DNA of 64,000 nt. It comes from Pyrinomonadaceae bacterium (GTDB taxonomy: Bacteria > Acidobacteriota > Blastocatellia > Pyrinomonadales > Pyrinomonadaceae). Below, one piece after another: positions 24,350 to 35,555 of this stretch (within the stretch, counting starts at the first letter, position 1; each line of letters starts with the position of its first letter). Location of the stretch: assembly GCA_036389335.1 (NCBI GenBank), contig DASVQC010000085.1:1408-65407 (forward strand), written 5' to 3'. The notes beneath the pieces are model-generated. The model searched no databases and was not told the DNA's origin. It was given only the letters and a program-made list of their open reading frames with translations. The position numbers were made by a program, and so were the translations under genes.

Positions 24350-25159
24350 TTAAAGAGGCAGGCTGTTTAACTCGGCGTGCGACGCGCCGCCCCCCGCGGC
24401 CCGGTGCTCGACGTCGCCGAAGATCTGTTGGTAGCGCCCGGCGCGCGCCTGCCGGCGGATGCGCTGCACCTCGCCGAACATCCGCAGGCTGTCCCGGAAC
24501 ATGCTCACCTTGCTGCCCTCGCTGTGATCCCAGCGGACGGGTATCTCGCGCAGGCGCAGGCCCGCCAGGTGGGCGACGTACAGAAGCTCGACGTCGAAGC
24601 CGAAGCGATCAATCGTCGCGCCTTCGATGACGGGGCGGCACGCGTCCATGCGGAACGCCTTGAAGCCGCACTGCGTGTCCCAGAACGGGAGGCGCGTGGC
24701 GAGGCGCACGACGAGGTTGAAGGCGCGCCCCCCCTGCTCGCGCCGCCACGGCTGGTGGACGCCGATGAGGCTCCGATCCAGGGCCCTTGAGCCGAACGTC
24801 AGGTCGCAAACCCCCTGCTCGATGGGCGCGACTAGTTTGGGCACCTCGCTGATCGGGGTCGACAAGTCGGCGTCGGTGAAGAGGGCGATGGGCGCGCGGG
24901 CCGCGAGCAGGCCGGTTCGCACCGCGTGCCCCTTGCCGCGGTTCGGGTGGTTGCGGATCAGGCGCGCCGGGACGTCGCCGGCGGCGGCGAGGCCGCGCTC
25001 GGCCACCGCGGTCGTCTCGTCCGCCGAGCCGTCGTCGACGACGATGACTTCGGCGTCCGCGCCCCCGCCCCGCAAGTAGTTGAAGATCGTCTTGAGTGAT
25101 TCACTCAACCGCGCCGCCTCGTTATACGCGGGCACGATGATTGAAATCGCGGGAGCCAT
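24350..25159 (-). CDS. GT2 polyprenyl-phosphate glycosyltransferase (dolichyl-phosphate beta-glucosyltransferase / ArnC-GtrB-like)
   Basis: 269 aa. Readable motifs are ISIIVPAYNEAARL, VIVVDDGSADET, NRGKGHAVRTG and FTDADLSTP (DxD), then ..WDTQCGFKAF... It has no TM segment. The fold and length are typical of Dpg/Dpm-like synthases. Confidence 0.85.
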   Translation of the reverse strand: MAPAISIIVPAYNEAARLSESLKTIFNYLRGGGADAEVIVVDDGSADETTAVAERGLAAAGDVPARLIRNHPNRGKGHAVRTGLLAARAPIALFTDADLSTPISEVPKLVAPIEQGVCDLTFGSRALDRSLIGVHQPWRREQGGRAFNLVVRLATRLPFWDTQCGFKAFRMDACRPVIEGATIDRFGFDVELLYVAHLAGLRLREIPVRWDHSEGSKVSMFRDSLRMFGEVQRIRRQARAGRYQQIFGDVEHRAAGGGASHAELNSLPL

Positions 25160-25309
25160 AATAACCCTTCTTTCAGTTTGGAACTCCGACCTGACGGGCC
25201 GCTGCTGCTGCTACTGGCGGAACGGAACCTCTAACCAGCCGATTTTAGTTCCGGCACTCTGCCCTCGACACCCGACGAATAAACTATCAATCAGGGCTGT
25301 TTTTCATAA

Positions 25310-26560
25310 TCATGGCGCGCCCGCCGCCTCACCCCGCCCCGCCTTGAACTCCACCGCGCGCGCACAAAGTTCGGCGAAGCTGGCCGCGACGCGCGCCCAG
25401 CCGAACCGCTCGCGCACGACGGCGGACGCGCGCTGGCCGAGGGCCTGCGCGAAATCCGGCGCGGTCAACAGGCGCACGACGCTCGCGGCGAAGGCGTCCG
25501 GGGTGTCCGCCAGCAGCAGCTCGCGCTCGTCGCGCACGGGCAGGCCCTCCGCCCCCACGGCGGTCGAGACGATGGGCTTCGCCATCGCCATCGCCTCGTA
25601 AATTTTCAAGCGCGTGCCGCCGCCGATGCGCAGCGGCACGACGTAGGCCGCGGCGCGCTCCATGTACGGGCGCACGTCGTCCACCCGCCCGGTGACGACG
25701 ACGGAAGGGTCGCGCTGGGCCAGCGCGAGCAGGTGCGGGTAAGGGTTGCGGCCCACGACCGTCAGGGTCACGCCCGGCACGGACTGTTTGATGCGCGGCA
25801 TGATCTGCTCGGTGAAATAGCAGATCGCGTCCTCGTTCGGCAGCCAGTCCATCGAGCCGGTGAAGACTAAATTGTGCGGGTCGGGCGGCGCGTCGCCCCG
25901 CGGCTGGAAGTAGTCCACGTCCACGCCCGTCGGCACGTCGTCGACGCGTTCGAGCCCGTACTCGCGGCGCATCGTCTCCGCGTCCTCGCGCGAGACGGCG
26001 ACGACGTGATCGAAGCGGCGGCACGCGTCGCGCTCGAACGCCCACGCCTTGCGCCACTGGTTATACAGGTACGCCTTGCGCGCCGGGTGCTTCTGCACCT
26101 CGAAGTGCCGCCGCCAGATCATCGCCTCGACGTTGTGCTGAAAGAGCACGGTCGCGCAAGGCGCGGGCGTCGCCGGCATGTTGACGCTGGGCACTAAGAA
26201 ATCGCAGACGATCACGTCGAAGCCGCCGCCCCCGGCCCGCGCGGCGATCTCGCGCCGCATCTCCGGCGAGACGTACTTCTGCATGAAGTACGGCAGCGGG
26301 GAGATCAGATTCCGGGCGAGGTCGGCGTAGAAGCCGGCGGAGAATTTGGCGCGCGTCCGGTGCGGGACGCGGACCAGCTCGTGGCAATACTCGGCGGCGC
26401 GCTCACGCGCGTCGGGCGAGGCCGCGCCGTCGTCGAGCGTCAGGTAGGTGACGTGGTGCTCGCGCTTCAGCTCCTTCAGCATGTGAAAGGTACGAATCTT
26501 GCCCCCCTTATCGACGGGGTGCAGCAATTCGGTCTTGAGCCAGAGTATCCGCACTAGCAC
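25310..26560 (-). CDS. GT4 (GT-B) glycosyltransferase, PEP-CTERM/EpsH1-system-associated sugar transferase-like
   Basis: 416 aa. The N-terminus ILWLKTELLHPVDKGGKIRTFHMLKELKREHHVTYLTL resembles the exosortase-associated sugar transferase subfamily, as I remember it. The C-terminal GT1/GT4 core is VPLRIGGGTRLKIYEAMAMAKPIVST..GAEGL (E-x7-E-like). Confidence 0.78.
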   Translation of the reverse strand: MLVRILWLKTELLHPVDKGGKIRTFHMLKELKREHHVTYLTLDDGAASPDARERAAEYCHELVRVPHRTRAKFSAGFYADLARNLISPLPYFMQKYVSPEMRREIAARAGGGGFDVIVCDFLVPSVNMPATPAPCATVLFQHNVEAMIWRRHFEVQKHPARKAYLYNQWRKAWAFERDACRRFDHVVAVSREDAETMRREYGLERVDDVPTGVDVDYFQPRGDAPPDPHNLVFTGSMDWLPNEDAICYFTEQIMPRIKQSVPGVTLTVVGRNPYPHLLALAQRDPSVVVTGRVDDVRPYMERAAAYVVPLRIGGGTRLKIYEAMAMAKPIVSTAVGAEGLPVRDERELLLADTPDAFAASVVRLLTAPDFAQALGQRASAVVRERFGWARVAASFAELCARAVEFKAGRGEAAGAP

Positions 26561-26614
26561 TCTTCCCTTATTCGTATCCGCGCCGCCCCCGTTCGCGCCG
26601 GACGGGCGAACCCC

Positions 26615-28576
<1,962 letters not shown>

Positions 28577-28653
28577 AACCTGTGTCTCACTTCCATGTCG
28601 TTACGCGCCGCCCGAATCCGCCGGCACGCCTCGCGCGCACATCATACTGCGGC

Positions 28654-31101
28654 TCAGCCGCCCGCGACCGGCTCGCGCGCCTCCGGGAAGACTGCCTCCG
28701 GGAAGACTACCGTCGCGTCAACTCCCTCGTCGCTCTCCCAAGCGTCTCCCCGTCGGCGCGCCGCGAGGCGGGCGACGGGGCCCGCCGCCGCGACGATCTC
28801 GCGGTCGTCGAGAGAGAGCCTGCGCCCGCCGAGCAGGACCAATTCGCGGGGGCTGCTCTCGGCGCGCTCGAACCGCAGCCACGCCCACTCGAAGTCGGAC
28901 GTCACCCGCCCCGCCCTGATCGGCTGGCCCGCGCCCACCAGCAAGAGATCGCGCGTGCCCGCCTCGTCGTCTTCGACGGAGAAGGCGCGCCCGCCCGCGG
29001 CGTCGATTTCGCGCACGCACACGCGGCTGGCGCGCGGGCGGCGCGGGATGAGGAAGGTGACGAACTCCTGCGCGCCCCCCGCCTTGACGCCGAAGACGAA
29101 GTGCGGCGCGGGCGTACGCTGCCCGTAACAGGAGGAGACCCAACCGGCCTCCCGCCGCCACGCGCCGCCCGCGGCGAAGGCGCTCACCTCCAGCCCGGCA
29201 TCATCCGCCGACGGCTCGCGCAGGGCGGCTGCGCCCCCCGCGCCCGCCTCAATCGACGGGGCGGCGTCGGCGGCGAACTGAAAGTGCAGCTCGTAGCGGT
29301 GGGGGGCCGCGGAAGCGACCAGATCGCGTAAGACCCAGTAGTCGCGTTTCAGCCAGAGGACGCTGCGAGTGTGCGCGACCGCGCCGGTCGGCAGGCGCTC
29401 GTAGCCGTCGTGCTCGCCCGCGAAGAAGGTGAACCGCCCGGCGTCGATCCAGGCGCGCGCGCGCGCGGCGGCAGCCGAGCGCCACGTGAAGGGGCCGGAC
29501 GGCGCGGACGAACCCTCGCCGTCCACGGTCAGCGTGTTGTGCGCCGCCGAGCCTCTAAAGTGATCCCGCAGCTCAGCCGAGCCGGTATAGGTGTACGTGC
29601 CGGGATCGACCAGCAGCGTGCGCCCGTGGGCGGCCAACTCGAAAGCCAAGGCGTCGGCGTGCGCGTGCCCGTTACTGAGCGCGCCGTGCGGGCCGCAGTC
29701 GATCAGGAAGTAGTTTGACGAGGGCTGCCAGCCGTCGCGCATGACGTAATAGCCCCCGGAGGGAAAGGCGCGCGCGTCGCCCGCGGGCGGGGCGGGCTCC
29801 AAGGCGTCGAACGCCCGCGCCCCGGCGGCGCCGAGCAGCCAGACGGTCTCCTCCGCCAGCTCGCCCGCCACGTGCTTGTAATCCCCGCGCGCGCAGAGCG
29901 CCGCCCCCGTCGAGAGCGGGGCGCGGAAGTCGTTGGACGCGCGCTCGTCGAGCATGACCAGACGACCGCCGTCGTCGTCGCCGAACAGGGGCGACGTGCC
30001 GTCCGGCCTGGTGATCCACATCAGGTGATCGAGGAGCGACGCGAGTTTCTGCCTCAACGCGCCGTCCGGCGCGTCCCCGCCGACGCCCGCGAGGACGAGG
30101 AAGTGGGTGTAAAAATCGGTCGCGTAGCGGTGGTAGTAACTCGACTGCTCGAAATAAACGCCGTCGGCGCGGACGTGGCGGTCGAGCGTGGCGCGGAGTA
30201 TCTGCCGCCCGCGCGCGCGCCAGCGCGCCGCGTCGAGCAACTCCGGCAGCGCCGTGCCCAGATAGAAGAGTCCCAGCGCCTCGCCCGACAGATGCGTGTT
30301 CGGGCTGAAGTAGGTGGACAGGTAAGTTTCCAGATGGCGCGCGTGCAGGTAGAGAAACTTGAGCGCGCGCAGAAAGACGTCCGGCGCGAGCGCGCGCGCG
30401 TCGCGGAAGAAGTGCAGCGCCCACAACCACGAGATGGCGCGGAAGGCGACTTCGAGGCTGCTGGCCCAGTTGATGCCGAGCTTCGGCGGGTTCTGTTCCA
30501 TCCAAGCGGTCAGGTGAGCGACGAAAGTCTCGGCGTAAGTTTCGTCACCCGTGTACCAGTAGGCGCGCCCGAGCGTCATGAAGTACTGGTGCCGGTTAAG
30601 CTCCCAAGTGATCTTCTTATCGCCGACCGCTTCGGCGTCCAAGTAGGGGATGCGGCTCCAATGTCGCAGCGGCGATCTCTTACGGGCCACCGGCTCAAGC
30701 CGCCAGTTGATCGGCTCGCCGAAACTCAGATCGCGGAGCCCCAGCAGATCGAAGCGCCCGGCGACGACGCGGCGCGCTCTTTCGACGGTCGCCGCTTCGG
30801 CGCGCGCGCCGAAGCGGCGGCGCAGCTCGGCGACGGTCTGCGCCGGGTCGGCGAACGAGGCGAAGAATCTGGCCGGGGCGCGGCGGCGGAAATGGGTCAG
30901 CAAGCCCTCGGCGGACGCCGGGCCGCTGGGGAAAACGCCCGGCGCGAGCAGCCCGAAGAACGTCGCGTCCGTGGGCAGGCGGGCCATGCGCGACCAGCCG
31001 CCGCGCTCCGCCCAGACGGCAGCCTGCTGCGCGCCGCGATCCACCAGCTCGTCGAGGCCGCGCCCGCGCAGCTTCTTCAGTTTTCTCAACACGCCGGACA
31101 T
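28654..31101 (-). CDS. Heparinase II/III-like protein (alginate-lyase-N + Hepar_II_III C domain architecture); no signal peptide
   Basis: I start it at the ATG at 31101 (MSGVLRKLKKLRGRGLDELV). That ATG overlaps the upstream stop by 1 nt (TGATG). The track's extra 38 aa are Arg/Gly-rich. Readable blocks include INWASSLEVAFRAISWLW, YFSPNTHLSGEALGLFYLG and CGPHGALSNGHAHADALAFEL, the last being the GHxHxD block typical of the heparinase II/III domain. Confidence 0.78.
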   Translation of the reverse strand: MSGVLRKLKKLRGRGLDELVDRGAQQAAVWAERGGWSRMARLPTDATFFGLLAPGVFPSGPASAEGLLTHFRRRAPARFFASFADPAQTVAELRRRFGARAEAATVERARRVVAGRFDLLGLRDLSFGEPINWRLEPVARKRSPLRHWSRIPYLDAEAVGDKKITWELNRHQYFMTLGRAYWYTGDETYAETFVAHLTAWMEQNPPKLGINWASSLEVAFRAISWLWALHFFRDARALAPDVFLRALKFLYLHARHLETYLSTYFSPNTHLSGEALGLFYLGTALPELLDAARWRARGRQILRATLDRHVRADGVYFEQSSYYHRYATDFYTHFLVLAGVGGDAPDGALRQKLASLLDHLMWITRPDGTSPLFGDDDGGRLVMLDERASNDFRAPLSTGAALCARGDYKHVAGELAEETVWLLGAAGARAFDALEPAPPAGDARAFPSGGYYVMRDGWQPSSNYFLIDCGPHGALSNGHAHADALAFELAAHGRTLLVDPGTYTYTGSAELRDHFRGSAAHNTLTVDGEGSSAPSGPFTWRSAAAARARAWIDAGRFTFFAGEHDGYERLPTGAVAHTRSVLWLKRDYWVLRDLVASAAPHRYELHFQFAADAAPSIEAGAGGAAALREPSADDAGLEVSAFAAGGAWRREAGWVSSCYGQRTPAPHFVFGVKAGGAQEFVTFLIPRRPRASRVCVREIDAAGGRAFSVEDDEAGTRDLLLVGAGQPIRAGRVTSDFEWAWLRFERAESSPRELVLLGGRRLSLDDREIVAAAGPVARLAARRRGDAWESDEGVDATVVFPEAVFPEAREPVAGG

Positions 31102-32330
31102 CAATGCTCGCTCAGAGGGATTTCGCGCCCCCGCCCCACGCGCGGCGCACGGGAGAGAGAGCCCGCGCCCGCTTCCTCGTACAGCTCGATCCACTCGCGC
31201 CCCACTTCCGCCCAAGTGTACTTACGGCATTCGGCCAGCGCGCGCTCCGCCAAGGCGGTCGCCAAGCCTTCGTCGCGCAGCAGGAGCAGGGCCTTGTCCG
31301 CCAGCGCGGCGCAGTCGCCGCGCGGGACGAGCAGGCCGGTCTCCCCGTCGGAGACCATGTAGGGGATGCCCCCGGCGTCGGTCGTCACGACGGGCAAGCC
31401 CGCCGCGTAAGCCTCGATGATCGAAAGCGGCATGTTGTCGATCTCGGAGGCGTTGAGGAAAACGTCCGCCGCCTCGTAGAGCCGCGGCATCTCTTCGGGG
31501 CTGACGAGGCCGAGGAACTCGACGTGTTGCAACTTGAGGTCGCGCGCGCGCTCCGCGAGCGCGGCGCGCTGGGCGCCGTCGCCCGCCACGAGCAGGCGCG
31601 CCCCCGGCACCTGCCGCTGGATGAGCGCGAACGCTTCGAGCACGCAGCCGACGTTGTAGTGGGCCTCGAAGTTGCGGTTGGAGAGGAAGACCGCGCGCGC
31701 GCCGCGCCGCGCGCGGAAGCGGAACTGCCCCAGCTCGACGAAGTTATAGATCGGCTGCGCCGCGACGCCGAACCGCGCGAACACGTCCACCAAATAGTTG
31801 GAGGGCACGACGACGCGATCCGCCAAACGGATCGTCGGCAGGGCCGTCCGCCGCCAGCGCGTCAGGTGATCGAGCGCCTCGCCGCTGTGGTAGTTGAGCA
31901 CGATCTTCTTGCGGAACAGTCTGGCGACGAGGATGGCGGGCGTGGGGGCGAGCACGAACGAGAAGTACGAGGCCGAGAAGATGTGGATCACGTCATAGCG
32001 GCGGACGCGCGCGAGCAGGGTGGCTGCGTAGAGCAGCGAGGTCAGGAGCGTGCGGACGTACTTGATCGCTTGCAGGCGGCGCAGCGCGCCCGGCAGTCGC
32101 GGGTTGACCGGCAGGAACGAGACCTCTAACGAGGGGACTTCGCGCAGGCGTTCGAGCAGGCGGGCGGCCTGCACCGCCTGCCCCCCCAGAATGTCGAGCG
32201 AGGGGCCGACGATCAGGACGCGCACGGGCGGCGGGGCGGCGGACTCCGCCCGGCCCGCCGCGTCTTCCGCGCGCCGCCCCGCCGCGGCTCTCGTGTGGGA
32301 CATAGTCTTTCCGTTCACGCGCTCTCGCAA
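31101..32330 (-). CDS. GT4 (GT-B) glycosyltransferase
   Basis: 409 aa. Readable blocks are VRVLIVGPSLDILGGQAVQAARL and FLNASEIDNMPLSIIEAYAAGLPVVTTDAGGIPYMV (E-x7-E). The start could be the ATG at 32330 (16-nt overlap with the upstream gene) or the ATG at 32303. Confidence 0.8.
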   Translation of the reverse strand: MRERVNGKTMSHTRAAAGRRAEDAAGRAESAAPPPVRVLIVGPSLDILGGQAVQAARLLERLREVPSLEVSFLPVNPRLPGALRRLQAIKYVRTLLTSLLYAATLLARVRRYDVIHIFSASYFSFVLAPTPAILVARLFRKKIVLNYHSGEALDHLTRWRRTALPTIRLADRVVVPSNYLVDVFARFGVAAQPIYNFVELGQFRFRARRGARAVFLSNRNFEAHYNVGCVLEAFALIQRQVPGARLLVAGDGAQRAALAERARDLKLQHVEFLGLVSPEEMPRLYEAADVFLNASEIDNMPLSIIEAYAAGLPVVTTDAGGIPYMVSDGETGLLVPRGDCAALADKALLLLRDEGLATALAERALAECRKYTWAEVGREWIELYEEAGAGSLSRAPRVGRGREIPLSEH

Positions 32331-33502
32331 TGCACGCCGCCCGCGACCTCCGCGGGCGCGCGCCGCCGCCGCGCGAGCAGGCGCTCGTAGAGCCGCTCCG
32401 TCCGCTCAAGCTGCGCGCCGCAGGAGAACCGCTCCCGCACGACGTCGCGCCCGCGCGCGCCGAAAGCGAGGGCGCGCTCCCGCTCGTTCAGCAGCCAGAC
32501 GATCCGAGAGGCCAGCGCCCCGTCGTCGCCGGGCGCGACCAAGTGGCCGGTCTCGCCCTCGGCCACCGCCTCGCGCGCGCCGCCGACGTCGGTCGCCACC
32601 ACGGGACGGGCCGCGGCCATGTACTCCAGAATCGCGTTCGAGAAGCCCTCGGCGGTCGAACTCAACACGCACACCTCGGAGGCGAACAGTAGTTCGGCCA
32701 CGCGCTCGCAGCGCCCGGTGAAGAAGACCCTGCCGCCGATGCCGAGCCGCGCCGCGAGGTCGCGCAGGGGCGCTTCCAGCTCGCCCTCGCCCGCGATCAC
32801 GAAAGCCGCGTCCGGCACCGCGTCCGCCACGCGCCGCGCGGCGCGCAGGAAGGTCGGGTGATCCTTCACCGCGTGGCGCAGGTTGGCGACTATCGTCACC
32901 AGCCGCAGCGGTTCGGCCTCGGGCAGCTTCAGTAAGGCCAGCGCCTGCGCCCGACTTAAACCGGGGGGCGGCGTGAGGCGTCCCAAGTCGAGCCCGTTAT
33001 AGATGGTGACGATCTTGGCGCGGGGCACGCCCTCGTCGATCAACTGCTGCGCGACGGCCCCGGCGTTCGCCACGACGGCGTGCGCGAGGCGGTAAGCGCA
33101 CCGCTCGGTCTTCTTCTGCGCGCCGGTGCGCAGGCCCGCCGTCTCGCGCCGGGCCGCGACGCGCGCGCGCACCCCCGCCAGCGTCGCCCCGGCCATGCCG
33201 AAGACGTTGGTGTAGAAGTCGTGGGTCTGCACGATGTCGACGCGCCGCCGCCGGAGGAACGAGGCGAAGCGGAACAACTGCCTGACCGTGTTGCGGTCGT
33301 GAAAGCTCGTCAGCGCGAAGGCGGGAATCTCGCCCAACCCCAGCCGCTCGACGACGCCGCGCAGGGGGCCGCCCCCGTCGAGGCAGGCGACGTGCACGCG
33401 GTAGCGCCCGCTCTCGTGGAGCAGGCGGGTCAACTGCACGGCCTGCCGTTCCGAGCCGCCCTGCTCGAAGCTGCCGATCAGTTGGAGCACGTTAGGGGTC
33501 AC
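32315..33502 (-). CDS. GT4 (GT-B) glycosyltransferase
   Basis: 395 aa. Readable blocks are VLQLIGSFEQGGSERQAVQLTRLL and VLSSTAEGFSNAILEYMAARPVVATDVGGAREAV (E-x7-E). Confidence 0.8.
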   Translation of the reverse strand: MTPNVLQLIGSFEQGGSERQAVQLTRLLHESGRYRVHVACLDGGGPLRGVVERLGLGEIPAFALTSFHDRNTVRQLFRFASFLRRRRVDIVQTHDFYTNVFGMAGATLAGVRARVAARRETAGLRTGAQKKTERCAYRLAHAVVANAGAVAQQLIDEGVPRAKIVTIYNGLDLGRLTPPPGLSRAQALALLKLPEAEPLRLVTIVANLRHAVKDHPTFLRAARRVADAVPDAAFVIAGEGELEAPLRDLAARLGIGGRVFFTGRCERVAELLFASEVCVLSSTAEGFSNAILEYMAAARPVVATDVGGAREAVAEGETGHLVAPGDDGALASRIVWLLNERERALAFGARGRDVVRERFSCGAQLERTERLYERLLARRRRAPAEVAGGVHCESA

Positions 33503-33566
33503 AGGCGTTAACGACCTCGGTCAACTCGCGGGCCGGCGGCAGGCCGCCGCCGTCCGGTGGGCGGCG

Positions 33567-35504
33567 TCAGACGCCCACCGCCGACAGCGCGGGGGCTTCG
33601 AACCGCGGACGGGCGGCGTCCCCGGCCACGTCTTCAAAAGTGCGGTGCCACAGTTCGAGCACGAACAGCGCCCACAGCGCGCCGGAGTGATCGCGCCGCC
33701 CGCTCCCGTGTTCGGCCAAGAGCAGATCGACGTAGCGCGGCTCGATGTGGCCGCGCTGGCGCGTGCGCGGGTCGGCGAAGGTGTCGCGGATGCGCTCGCG
33801 CAGCTCAAGGTTGATCCACTCGGAGATGGGCACGCCGAAGCCCTGCTTCCGCCGGTGCAGTATCTCGTCGGGCACGAGGCCGCTCACCGCGCGCTTGAAG
33901 ATGCGCTTCAGCTCTAGGCCGCGCATCTTCAGCCCGGCGGGGATGCGCGTGACGAACTCGATCAGCTTGTGATCGAGCAGCGGGGTGCGCGCTTCGAGCG
34001 AGACGGCCATGCTCATGCGATCGACTTTGGTCAGGATGTCGCCGGGCAGGTACGTCTTGCTGTCGAGGTAGAGCAGCTCGTCGAGCGGCTCGCCCGACGT
34101 CACGCGCCCGACGTACTCGCGGCACAGCGCGCCGGCCAGCCCCGCCCCGCCCAGCGCGCGGCGGAATTCGTCCGTGTAGAGGGACGGCTTGTTGAGGCTG
34201 GAGAAGACTGAGACGCTGTCGAGGTAACGCTCCTGCGGGTTGAGGGCGACGTTGTACATATAGTTGCGCCCGAGCGCGCCGTGCGGCAGGCGGCGGCTGA
34301 GCGGGCGCATCACCCCCGCCCGCACGAAGGGCGGCAGCCGGGCGAAGCCGCTGCGCTTGCGGTCGACCGCGTAGCGCGTGTAGCCGGCGAACAACTCGTC
34401 GCCCCCGTCGCCCGAGAGCACGACTTTAACATGCTCGCGCGCGAGTTTCGACACCAGGTAAGTCGGGATCGCCGACGAGTCGGCGAACGGCTCGTCGAAG
34501 TGCCAGACCAGCTCGTCGACGACGTGGCACACGTCCGGCGTCACGATCAGCTCGTGGTGATCCGTGCCGAACGTCTTAGCCGCCAGCCGCGCGTACTTCA
34601 GCTCGTCGTAGCTGTCCTCGCGGAACCCGATGGAGAACGTCTTGACCGGCTGCGACGTGGCGCGCGACATCAAACCCACGATCGCGCTGGAATCGACGCC
34701 GCCCGAGAGGAACGCGCCGAGCGGCACGTCGGCGACGAGTCGCACGCGCACCGACTCGTCGAGCAGCGCGCGCAACTCCTCAAGGTAGTCGTCCTCGCGG
34801 CGCGCCTCCGCCACCGGCTCGTAGCGGAAGTCCCAGTACTGCCTGATCGAGACCCGCCCGGCGGCGTAGGTGAGGCAGTGGCCGGGGGCGAGTTTGTGGA
34901 CGCCGCCGAAGATGCTGAACGGATCGGGCACGTAGCCGAAGGTCAGGTAGGCGTCGAGCGCCGCCGGGTTCAGGTCGCGCGCCACCTCCGGGTGCGCGAG
35001 CAGCGACTTCAGCTCCGAGCCGAACACGAGCGTGCCCTGCGGGGTCAGCGTGTAGTAGAGCGGCTTTTTGCCGACGCGGTCGCGCGCGATGAAGAGCTGC
35101 CGGGCCTTGGCGTCCCAGATGGCGAAGGCGAACATGCCGCGCAGGCGTTCGACGCAGGCGGGGCCGAACTCCTCGTAGGCGTGGACGATGGCCTCGGTGT
35201 CGGAGTGGGTTTGGAAGCGGTGGCCGCGGCCCTCCAAGTCGCTCTGCAACTCGCGGTAGTTGTAGACCTCGCCGTTGAAGACGATGGACACCGATCCGTC
35301 CTCGCCCGAGATCGGCTGGTGGCCGCCGGCCAAGTCGATGATGGAGAGCCGGCGCATGCCGAGCGCGGCCTGCCCCTCCACCATCGTGCCCTGATCGTCG
35401 GGGCCGCGGTGCCTGATGATCCGGCACATCCGGTCGAGCACGGCGGCGCGCTCCGCCGCAGGCGCAGTCCCGTCCTCAACCACAAAGCCCGCGATGCCAC
35501 ACAT
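33567..35504 (-). CDS. asnB: Asparagine synthase (glutamine-hydrolysing) family amidotransferase, paralog 2
   Basis: 645 aa with MCGIAGFV, RLSIIDLAGGHQPI, VFNGEVYNY and SGGVDSS. Confidence 0.9.
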   Translation of the reverse strand: MCGIAGFVVEDGTAPAAERAAVLDRMCRIIRHRGPDDQGTMVEGQAALGMRRLSIIDLAGGHQPISGEDGSVSIVFNGEVYNYRELQSDLEGRGHRFQTHSDTEAIVHAYEEFGPACVERLRGMFAFAIWDAKARQLFIARDRVGKKPLYYTLTPQGTLVFGSELKSLLAHPEVARDLNPAALDAYLTFGYVPDPFSIFGGVHKLAPGHCLTYAAGRVSIRQYWDFRYEPVAEARREDDYLEELRALLDESVRVRLVADVPLGAFLSGGVDSSAIVGLMSRATSQPVKTFSIGFREDSYDELKYARLAAKTFGTDHHELIVTPDVCHVVDELVWHFDEPFADSSAIPTYLVSKLAREHVKVVLSGDGGDELFAGYTRYAVDRKRSGFARLPPFVRAGVMRPLSRRLPHGALGRNYMYNVALNPQERYLDSVSVFSSLNKPSLYTDEFRRALGGAGLAGALCREYVGRVTSGEPLDELLYLDSKTYLPGDILTKVDRMSMAVSLEARTPLLDHKLIEFVTRIPAGLKMRGLELKRIFKRAVSGLVPDEILHRRKQGFGVPISEWINLELRERIRDTFADPRTRQRGHIEPRYVDLLLAEHGSGRRDHSGALWALFVLELWHRTFEDVAGDAARPRFEAPALSAVGV

Positions 35505-35555
35505 AATGCCAACCTCCCGCCCCGGCGATCCGCCGCCGGGCGCACGACTTCCCTG

